Shown piece after piece: positions 53,880 to 64,000 of a stretch of DNA of 64,000 bases. Source of the DNA: Mobula hypostoma. Taxonomy: Eukaryota. The translations under genes and the position numbers were made by a program. Numbering within the stretch: the first letter of the stretch is position 1; the number at the start of each line of letters is the position of its first letter. The stretch covers positions 29,638,001 to 29,702,000 of the forward strand of contig NC_086118.1 of assembly GCF_963921235.1 (NCBI RefSeq), written 5' to 3'. The notes under the pieces were generated by a model. It ran no database searches and was not told the origin of the DNA. It was given only the letters and a program-made list of their open reading frames with translations.

Positions 53880-56771
53880 TTAAACCCTGCCTCCCATATA
53901 AGTCCCCACCTTAGATTCATCCATATACCTGTCTAGTAGTCTCTTAAACTTCACTAGTGTATCTGCCTCCACCACTGACTCAGGTATTGCATTCCACGCA
54001 CCAACCACCTTCTGAGTAAAAAACCTTCCTCTAATATCCCCCTTGAACTTCCCACCCTTTACCTTAAAGCCATGTCCTCTTGTATTGAGCAGCGGTGCCC
54101 TGGGGAAGAGGCACTGGCTATCCACTCTATCTCTTCCTCTTATTATCTTGTACACCTCTATCATGTCTCCTGTCATCCTCCTTCTCTCCAAAGAGTAAAG
54201 CCCTAGCTCCCTTAATCTCTGATCATAATGCATACTTTCTAAACCAGGCAGCATCCTGGTAAATCTCCTCTGTACCCTTTCCAATGCTTCCACATCCTTC
54301 CTATAGTGAGGTGACCAGAAATGGACACAGTACTCCAAGTGTGGCCTAACCAGAGTTTTATAGAGCTGCATCATTACATCGCGACTCTTAAACTCTATCC
54401 CTCGACTTATGAAAGCTAACACCCCATAAGCTTTCTTAACTACCCTATCCACCTGTGAGGCAACTTTCAGGGATATGTGGACATGTACCCCGAGATCCCT
54501 CTGCTCCTCCACACTACCAAGTATCCTGCCATTTACTTTGTACTCTGCCTTGGAGTTTGTTCTTCCAAAGTGTACCACCTCACACTTCTCCAGGTTGAAC
54601 TCCATCTGCCACTTCTCAGCCCACTTCTGCATCCTATCAATGTCTCTCTGCAATCTTTGACAATCCTCTACACTATCTACAACACCACCAACCTTTGTGT
54701 TGTCTGCAAACTTGCCAACCCACCCTTCTACCCCCACATCCAGGTCATTAATAAAAATCACAAAAAGTTGAGGTCCCAGAACAGATCCTTGTGGGACACC
54801 ACTAGTCATAATCCTCCAATCTGAATGTACTCCCTCCACCACCACACTCTGCCTTCTGCAGGCAAGCCAATTCTGAATCTACATGGCCAAACTTCCCTGG
54901 ATCCCATGCCTTCTAACTTTCTGAATAAGCCTACTGTGTGGAACCTTGTCAAATGCCTTACTAAAATCCATATAGATCACATCCACTGCACTACCCTCAT
55001 CTATATGCCTGGTCACCTCCTCAAAGAACTCTATCAGGCTTGTTAGACACGATCTGCCCTTCACAAAGCCATGCTGACTGTCCCTGATCAGATCATGATT
55101 CCCTAAATGCCTATAGATCCTATCTCTAAGAATCTTTTCCAACAGTTTTCCCACCACAGACATAAGGCTCACTGGTCTATAATTACCCGGACTATCCCTA
55201 CTACCTTTTTTGAACAAGGGAACAACATTCGCCTCCCTCCAATCCTCCGGTACCATTCCCATGGACAACGAGGACATAAAGATCCTAGCAAGAAGCTCAG
55301 CAATCTCTTCTCTCGCCTCGTGGAGCAGCCTGGGGAATATTCCGTCAGGCCCCGGGGACTTATCTGTCCTAATGTATTTTAACAACTCCAACACCTCCTC
55401 TCCCTTAATATCAACATGATCCAGAACATCAACCGCACTCATTTTGTCCCCACCATCATCATGTTCCCTCTCATTGGTGAATACTGAAGAGAAGTATTCA
55501 TTGAGGACCTCGCTCACTTCCACAGCCTCCAGGCACATCTTCCCACCTCTACCTCTAATTGCTCCTACCTTCACTCCTATCATCCTTTTTTCCTTCACAT
55601 AATTGAAGAATGCCTTGGAGTTTTCCTTTACCCTACTCGCCAATGCCTTCTCATGCCCCCTTCTTGCTCTCCTCAGCCCCTTCTTAAGCTCCTTTCTTGC
55701 TACCCTATATTCCTCAATAGACCCATCTGATCCTTGCTTCCTAAACCTCATATATGCTGCCTTCTTCCACCTGACTAGATTTTCCACCTCACTTGTCACC
55801 CATGGTTCCTTCACCCTACCGTTCTTTATCTTCCTCACCGGGACAAATTTATCCCTTACATCCCGCAAGAGATCTCTAAACATCGACCACATGTCCATAG
55901 TACATTCCCCTGCAAAAACATCATCCCAATTCACACCCGCAAGTTCTAGCCATATAACCTCATAATTTGCCTTTCCCCAATTAAAAATTTTCCTGTCCTC
56001 TTTGATTCTATCCTTTTCCATGATAATTATAAAGGCCAGGGAGCGGTGGTCACTGTCCCCCAGATGCTCACCCACTGAGAGATCTGTGACCTGACCCAGT
56101 TCATTACCTAGTACTAGATCTAGTATGGCATTCCCCCTGGTCGGCCTGTCCACATATTGTGACAGGAATCCATCCTGGACACACTTAACAAACTCTGCCC
56201 CATCTAAATCCTTGGAACTAATCAGGTGCCAATCAATATGAGGGAAGTTAAAGTCACCCATGATAACAACCCTGTTATTTTTGCACCTTTCCAAAATCTG
56301 CCTCCCAATCTGCTCCTCTGTATCTCTGCTGCTACCAGGGGGCCTATAGAATACCCCCAGTAGAGTATCTGCTCCCTTCCTATTCCTGACTTCCACCCAT
56401 ATTGACTCAAAAGAGGATCCTGCTACATTACCCACCCTTTCTGTAGCTGTAATAGTATCCCTGACCAGTAATGCCACGCCTCCTCCCCTTTTTCCGCCCT
56501 CTCTATCCCTTATAAAGCACTGAAATCCAGGAATATTGAGAATCCATTCCTGCCCTGGTGCCAGCCAAGTCTCTGTAATGGCCACTACATCATAATTCCA
56601 TGTATGTATCCAAGCTGTCAGTTCATCACCTTTGCTCCTGATGCTTCTTGCATTGAGGTACACACATTTCAGCCCTTCTTCCTTACTGTCTTTACACCGT
56701 TTATTCTGCTTCTCTTTCCTCAAAGCCTCTTTGTATGTTAGATCTGGCTTTACTCCATGCACTTCTTTCAC
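53880..56771 (-). pseudogene. CR1 ORF2 (APE endonuclease + reverse transcriptase) with one stop codon
   Basis: 630-aa and 321-aa ORFs in the same frame separated by TAG at 54879-54881. YLNARS, ITETW, MGDFN, SDH; DFSKAFD, GVPQGSVLGP; catalytic motif reads FADN. Confidence 0.93.
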
Positions 56772-56806
56772 TGCTCTATCGCTCTGGGTCCCATCCCCCT
56801 CGTAAA

Positions 56807-57848
56807 TTAGTTTAAACCCTCCCGAACCATGCTAGCAAACCTACCTGCAAGGTTATTGCTCCCCCTCGAGTTCAGGTGCAACCCATCCAATCTGTACAGG
56901 TCCCACCTTCCCCAGAAGAGATCCCAATGGTCTGAAAATCTAAAACCCTGCTCCCTGCACCAACTCCTCAGCAACGCATTCAACTGCCATCTCCTCCAAT
57001 TCTTACCATCTCTGTCACGTAGCACTGGCAGCAATCCTGAGAATGTCACCCTTGAGGTCCTGTTCTTCAGCCTTCTGCCTAATTCCCGAAACTCACACTT
57101 CAGGACCTCATCCCTCTTCCTGCCTATGTCGTTGGTCCCAACATGTATCACTACTTCTGGTTGCTTTCCCTCTCGTACCAGGATGTCGTGCACCCGGTCA
57201 GAGACATCCCGGACCCTGGCACCCGGGAGGCAACAAACCATGCAGGTGTCCTTCTCACGTCCACAAAATCTCCTATCTGCTCCCCTGACTATAGAGTCTC
57301 CAATGACGACAGCTCTCCTCTTCTCCGTCCCACCCTTCTGCACCACAGGGTCAGACTCAGTGCCGGAGGCCTTGCCACCGTGGCTCACACCTGGTCGGTC
57401 GTCCCCGCCAACAGTATCCAGGATGGTAAACTTATTATTCAGAGGAATGGCTACAGGGGTGCTCTGCACTATCTGTCTGCTCACCTTTGCTTTCTCCCCT
57501 CTGACTTGTCACCCAACGACCTGCTTCCAACAGCCTAGGTGTGACTACCTCCCTGTAGCTCTCATCTATGACTGCCTCATTCTCCCTTATGAATCGAAGG
57601 TCATCCAGCTGCTGCTCCAGATTCCTAACACGGTCTTCCAGATCGCCCAGCCGTATGCACTTCTGGCAGATGTGACTCTGCGGGAGAGGGGCGTTCCCCC
57701 AAGACTGCCACATCTCACATGAGAGGCACATCACCGTCTCAGGAGACATTGTAAAAACTAACTGCGAGCTAGCTTGTCCTCCGCCTCTTCTCATCGAAGC
57801 CTCTCGAGTCAAAGCCTCAAAGCTCCACTCCTTCACTGGCCCACACAC
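56807..57848 (-). pseudogene. CR1 ORF1 (zinc finger/leucine zipper + SGNH esterase) with one frameshift
   Basis: CLSC...CQKC, LEDRVRNLEQQLDDL, then in another frame VIGDSIVRG, HVGTND, DGLHLN. Confidence 0.9.
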
Positions 57849-59389
57849 TCACTGGCCGCTTTCCAATTGGTCTATAGTTTCCTTTCTTACGACTCCCTCC
57901 CTTTTTAAAGAGTGTAGTGACATTTGCAAATTTCCAGTCCTCCGGAACCATTCCAGGTTCTAGTGATTCTTGAAAGATCATTACTGATGCCTCCACAATC
58001 TCTTCAGACACCTCTTTCAAAACCTTGGTGTGTGTTCTATCTCCTTAGTAATAGCAACTACCCTCTGACACACTTGAAATTTGGGCATACTGCCAGTGTT
58101 TTCCACAGCGAAGACTTCAACAAAATATTTATTGTTTGTCCACCATTACTACCTCTCCAGCATTATTTTCCAATATCTGCTCTCGCTTCTCTTTCACTTT
58201 TTATATATCTGAAAAAGCTTTTGGTATCCTGTTTGATATTATTAGCTAGCTTACCTTCATATTTCATCTTTTCTCTACTTGTGGTTTTTTTAGTTGCCTT
58301 CTGTTGTTTTTTAAAAGCTTCCGAATCTTCTAACTTTCCATTAATTTTGGCTCTATTATATGCCCTCTCTCTTCTTTTTATGTTGCCTTTGACTTCCCTT
58401 GGCAGCCACGATTGCCGCATCCTTCCTTCAGAATATTTCTTCATCTTTGGGATGTATCTATCCTTTGCTCCCGGGTACTCCAGCTACTGCTGTTCTGCCG
58501 TCATGCCTGGTAGTTGTCCCCTTCTAAACAACCTCGGCCGGCCCCTTTCTCTTGTCTCTAAAATTCCCTTTACACCATGTAATTCTGATACATCTAACTT
58601 TATCTTCTCCCTCTCAAACTGCATGGTGAATGTTATCACATTATGATCACTGCCTCCTGAGGGTACTTTTACCTTAAACTCTGTAATCAAATCTGGTTCA
58701 TTGCACAACTCCCAAACCAGAATTGCCTTTTCCCTAGTGTGCTCAACCACAATCTGCTCTGAAAAGTCATCTCACAGGCATTGTACAAAATCCATTTCTT
58801 GGGATCAATACCAACCTAATTTTCCCAGTTCACCTCCATATTGAATACCCCCATGACCATTTTGAATAATCCCTTCAGCCAACATTGCCTACTATTCTCT
58901 GATAATCCTAAGAAATGTGACAAACTGAACTGTGTTCAACAACAGTTGATCTCATAAAACGCTTCTATAAAATTCTCCTGGATGTTCCATGTGTTAAATA
59001 CAAGAGAATATGTTGTTTTCTTTACCTCAACCTTTGTAGGATCCTTTATTTCATTGGTGTTATTTCAACAAACCAGCATTTTTTCCTCAAGATTCTTAAA
59101 TCCCCAATTTCATTCTTTCTGCAATTCCTCCTAAGTGTGATACTCCTCCGATGCTGAGCATCTGCATATTCCTTTCCTCTTTTTACTGTAATTGAGCAAT
59201 TTTAAGCTACTTTTAGTTTTTTTTTGGATATTCTTCCTTGAAGGTTCACTGCATCTTGCAGCATCCTGAAACCTTTCTCCAAATATACTTCTACTTTTCC
59301 ATTTCTGTACTTACAAAGGACCTTGGAATTTGTTTAATGTTAAACAAATGTTATGTTTACGACCCCAAAAAAAAACAACCTGATCAAAA

Positions 59390-61330
59390 CAAAGTGAGGA
59401 CTGATGCAAAATACTCATTCAGTTCACCTGCCATTTCCTTGTCTCCCATTACTACCTGTCCAGCATTGTTTCTAGTGATCCAATATCCACTCTTGCCTCT
59501 CTTTTACACTTTATATATCTGAAGAAACTTTTGATATCCTCTTTAATATTATTGGCTAGCTTACTTTTGTCATCCATCTTTAGCTTCTTAATGACTTTTT
59601 TTATTTCTTCTGTTGGTATGTAAAAGCTTCCCAATCTCCTAATTCCCACTAATTTTTGCACTATTATTTGCCCTCTAATGCCTCTGTAATTTCCTTTACT
59701 TCACTGTAATACTGATACATCTGACTTTAGTTTTTCCTTCTCAAATTTCAGGGTGAATTCAATCATATTATGATCACTTTCCCCTAAGGGTTCTTCTACA
59801 TCAAGCTCTCTAATCAATTCTGGTTCATTGCACAACATCCAATCCAGAATGGCGGATGCTCTAGTGGGATCAACCATGAGCTGCACTAAAAAGCCATATC
59901 ATAGACATTCTAGCAAGTCCCCCACTTGGAATCCCACACCAACCTGATTTTCTCAATCTACCTGCGTATTGAAATATCCCATGATTATTGTAACATTGTC
60001 CTTTTGGCATGCATTTGCTATCTCCTGTTCTAACTTGTAGACCACGTCCTGTTTTTGGGGGGGAGGGTCTACAAACAACTCCCATCAGGGTCTTTCTACC
60101 CTTGCAATTTTTCAGTTTTGTCCACCTTTTACGTTGTAACTCATCCTGTTGACTGCAATTTTGCCCTACCATCAGCCTCTGCTTGCTAGGTTTTCTTGCT
60201 ACACATTGCCTCTGTTTGTAAACCAACTACCTCCACCTCAGCACTATCACTCCTGTTTCCATCCCCTTTCCAAATTAGTTTAAACCCATCCAAACAACTC
60301 TAGCCAACCTGACTGCAAGGATATTGCACCCCCTTCGGTTCAGGTGTAACCCATCCCTTTTGTACAGGTCATACCTTCCCCAGAAGAGATCCCAATGATC
60401 CAGAAATCTGAAACCTGCAACCTGCTCCGTGCATCAGTTCCTCAGGCATGCATTCACCTGCCAAATGATCCTATTCTTACCATCATTGGCATATGGCTTA
60501 GGCTGCAATCCAGAGATTACTACCCTGGAGGTCCTGTTTCTCAGCTTTCTACCTAGCTCACTGAAATCTCTCTTCAGGACCTCCTCACCTTGTCTACGTA
60601 TGTCATCAGTGCCAATATATACCAAGCCTTCTGGCTGCTCACCCTTGCCCTTGAGAATGCCATGGACGCAATCTGAGACATCCCTCATGCTGGCAGCAGG
60701 GAAGCAACATACTACCCTGGTCTCTCTATGGTGCCCACGGAACCTCATCTCTGTTCCTCTGACTAAGGAATCTCCTATCAACACTGCAGTCCTCCTCACC
60801 TCTCTTCTCTTCCGAGCCACAGTACGAGATTTAGTGACAGAGACCCAGTGACTGTGGCTCTTCTGCACCCCCCCCCCCACCGGTAGACTGTCCCCTTCAA
60901 TAGTATCTAAAGTTGTATACTTACTATTGAGGGGAATGGCCACAGGTGTACTCTGCACTGGCCCTCCTTCTCCTGACAGTCACTCTGTTACTTGTCTTCT
61001 GCGAACCAAGGGCAACTACCTCGCTGTAGCTCCTGTCTGTCAATTCCTCATGAGTTGAAGGATATCAAGCCGTAGCTCCAGTTCCTTAATATATTCCCTC
61101 AGGAACCGTAGCTCAGTGCACTTGATGCAGATATGTTTTCCACATCTCTCACAGAGTACAAAACACTGTCCCTGGAGCCACCAATAGATGAGGAATGAAC
61201 AAAAAGAACAGAGAGAGAGAGTAACTTACAAGATAACGAGCCTGATGAGCCAAACCCACTCTAAAGACTGGTACACTCAAAAGAATGGCCTCTCATAGAA
61301 TTGCCGCTCTAAGAATGATCACTATGCTTA
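59390..61330 (-). mobile_element. Further CR1 copy: 5' half (ORF1 esterase and ORF2 endonuclease), degenerate
   Basis: VLIGDSLVRG, YIGTDDI, LGESDHNMIEF; repeats the ORF2 region already present at 58030-58860, so a separate copy. Confidence 0.85.
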
Positions 61331-61789
61331 CATGTGATTTATTCTTTTTTGGCCCTTTCTAATGAATCCCTCTTGCTGATTGGTCACTGCTCAACTCTGA
61401 AACACTGCCAGAAAACTCTGCCTTCAAAATCTCGATTGCTGCACATTAAAAAGTAGCTCTTTTTAACGCACTCCTGGTGTGGATTGTCCAACTCAGAGAA
61501 AACTGGCTCAAAGTTCTGCTTTTTAAATCTTGAACACAGACCTGACTGAAAGGTAGCTCTTTTTTACACACTGCTTCCACATGATTAGATGCTCTTCAAA
61601 TCAGAAAAACTGCTGCATATTATAAGTTTTCATCAAATTTATAAACTTGTCCCAATCTAACTAAAGCAAATATGCCCATTGATATAGATGTCATCTCCAA
61701 AATATTGATTTGAGAACTTCTAAACAAAAAAATAAGGAATAGGGCTTAACTCATCAATTCACCCCACCTACCTTGTTTGATTCAATACT

Positions 61790-62120
61790 CCATGTTCCTC
61801 TCTTGTTAGATTCCATAGACTGCAGCTCTGTGTCATCTCCACCTACTATTTCCCAGTCTCTCTTGTTATTTTCGCTCTTCCCTCCCCCACCTGTCTATCA
61901 TCCCTACCGCCCCCTCAGGATCTGCCTATCTCATTCTCCAACCTTTCCCTTCACAGTTTCTATACTGCTGTCTGTGCTTTACTTTTCAGTCCAGATGTAG
62001 AGTCTTGACCCAAAACATTGACTATCTACTTCCCTGCAGAGATGCTGCCTGACCTGCTGAGTTCTCCCAGCGCCTTGTTTATTGCAGCAGATTTCAGCAG
62101 CTTCAGTCTCTTGTGTCTGC
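61790..62120 (+). mobile_element. Old Penelope-like 3' end
   Basis: cagtccagatgtagagtcttgacccaaaacattgact...gatgctgcctgacctgctgagtt homologous to the 30180-30276 tail. Confidence 0.7.
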
Positions 62121-63071
62121 AAAATTATGTGGTATAATAGTTACATAAAGGATCTTGTTCCAAGCCAGATTCCAATGATCTAAGTATATTAAAGTGCCTA
62201 TTGCGATTCCTGTGGAGGCAGACACGTATTTCAAAACTCCAAAAATCTTCACTCTGAACAGTTTTTGACAATCCTTTTGTTTGTTTAGATTGAATTCCAG
62301 AATGTCATATTAATATTGCAAGTTACAATATAAACATTGTTTAAATAATTGCTTATTTTTATCTATTCTCAGGTTAATAGCTCCAAACAAAACACAAAAG
62401 GAATTCAACTGCACAAACCAAATTTAGAGATGGAAACACAACTTATATGCTATTGAAACAAAACACTGCAGAACATGTGGTGCACCTTAGAACATGTGAC
62501 TCAGATTAAAACTCTTAATAAAGGAAAGGGGAGATTTATTCAACATATCCTGGTCTTTTTCCTGTTGACATGAAAAGCCTCATATTAGAGTGTCAATCCT
62601 ATTTGAATCAATGGCATCCTAAGACAATACATGAAGTAATGAAATGACTCCTGTAGAAGGTGTTAATGGGCACATAGATGAGATGAACTGTATTACAGTT
62701 TTGTTTTCCGATCACTATATCCTGATTTTGGCTGTTGCTTTCCAAAATGGTCACAGGGTGGTTGCTGTTGCCCATATTTTCTTCTTCCTTTCAGTTTACG
62801 CCTTTGGATGTGTGGCGAATGAAAGATGGGGCAATGTGTTCCAACACCGTAGCCTATCAATTGGAGTGGACATAATAGTCCCTGTCACCATCCAAGTGGT
62901 GGTGTTTGGCTGTAAATCTATGATCGTTGCTTGTTGAGTGAGCAACTAAGAGATAAACACAAATTCTGCAGCAAAATTTACATGGACTAGTGTTGTGGTG
63001 CAAAGCATTTTGGTTTTGCCTCCACCTCACTCTACATTATATTCTGGCAAGATATTTTAAAAGTTCCAAAA

Positions 63072-63600
63072 GATTAGATTTATTTGTCACATGTACAATG
63101 AACCGTACAGTGAAGTGCGTCATTGACGTCAATGACAGTCTGAGGGTGTGCTGAGGGCAGCCTACAAGTGTTGTCATGCTTCTGGTACCAACACAGCAAG
63201 CCCTCAACTTACTAATCGCCCGTCCTTGGAAAGTGGGAGGAAACACATTCAGTTATGGGGAGAATGTACAAAACTCTTTCCAGTCAGCAATAGGAATTGA
63301 TTAGATTAAAGATTAGTTTTATTTGTCACATGTACATCAAAACAAACGGTAAAATGCGTCATTTTGTGTCAACGACCAGCAGTCTGCAAGTGTCGCTGTG
63401 GTTCTGGTGCCTGCAACTCACTAAGCCAAACCATATGACTTTGGAATGTGGAGGAAAATCAGAACATCCTGATGAAACCCATGTAGCCATGGGTAGAATG
63501 TACAAGCTCTTTATAGATAGCGGTGGTAATTGAACATCGATCAGTGATTGATGGTATTGTAAAGTGACTGTGCTAACCGCTACGCTTCCATGCTGCCCCA
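63072..63600 (-). mobile_element. Two adjacent V-SINE-derived elements with LINE-type tails
   Basis: tgtggaggaaaatcagaacatcctgatgaaaccc, ctaaccgctacgcttccatgctgccc; (gatta) tails with tttatttgtcacatgtac. Confidence 0.65.
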
Positions 63601-64000
63601 GGATCACCTGTTTTACATGAGTATCATCTATTTTTATATTTAGCTACTTACAGTTAAATGAAGTGACATGATAATGGCTCATTGATAAAGTGCCTTCTGC
63701 ATAAGGGAATTTAAAATTATTTCTCAGCATTCCCATTATTCAAGGAGTACACTGACATAGACATCTTAACTCGAATAGCGAAAGAATGAAGGTGAGGAAG
63801 TACAATTCCAATAGGCGCAGATTGCTTGTGAGCATCTTTGGATTTGGTGCTTATGTCATCATTGCGATGCCATTGTCAAAGATGAGCTTTTAGGAATTAG
63901 GGTATGGAACATCTGCTAATGTGGACATTATTAAAAATGGCTGCAAGCACTGATGCAGATAGTAAGTAATTTTTTGAGAATTTTTGTTTGTTTCTGTTGC

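Larger units (their letters stand above)
53817..57862 (-). mobile_element. Near full-length young CR1 LINE
   Basis: ORF1 and ORF2 present, (TTCTATG)-like tail at 53817, host CR1 sequence resumes on both sides. Confidence 0.95.
50676..58862 (-). mobile_element. Older CR1 host element carrying three nested insertions
   Basis: CR1 3' tail at 50676-50744, continuing 51905-52143, 52752-53816 and 57863-58862 (MVPEDWKFANVTTLFKKG...GNYRPI). Confidence 0.8.

Noticed and set aside
56829..58646. 297-aa and 240-aa plus-strand ORFs
   Set aside because: Antisense shadows of CR1 ORF1/ORF2.

Overview
Eukaryotic, repeat-dominated vertebrate DNA, most likely a cartilaginous fish (inferred from V-domain SINEs plus abundant CR1, Rex1/Babar and Penelope-like elements). 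The only recognisable host gene is the 5' end of SEC14L1 on the minus strand: CpG-island promoter and non-coding first exon (~28.8-29.0 kb), ATG exon (28270-28332) and a 150-bp PRELI/MSF1-domain exon (3188-3337). Later exons are not seen and presumably lie left of the window. The rest is largely transposon debris: CR1 (one nearly intact), Rex1/Babar, RTE, Penelope-like, BEL/Pao, a solo LTR, Tc1, Tigger/pogo, hAT, Harbinger and SINEs. The most notable observation lies in the 25-kb SEC14L1 intron. Two Tc1 3' ends in inverted orientation form a composite-like structure (6336-11064) enclosing ~1.6 kb of non-transposon DNA, including a decayed antisense copy of a downstream SEC14L1 coding exon with its intron flanks (9089-9217). 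Penelope-like tails also carry degenerate minimal hammerhead-ribozyme motifs. Family calls rest on motif recognition from memory, not database searches, and boundaries of old repeats are approximate.
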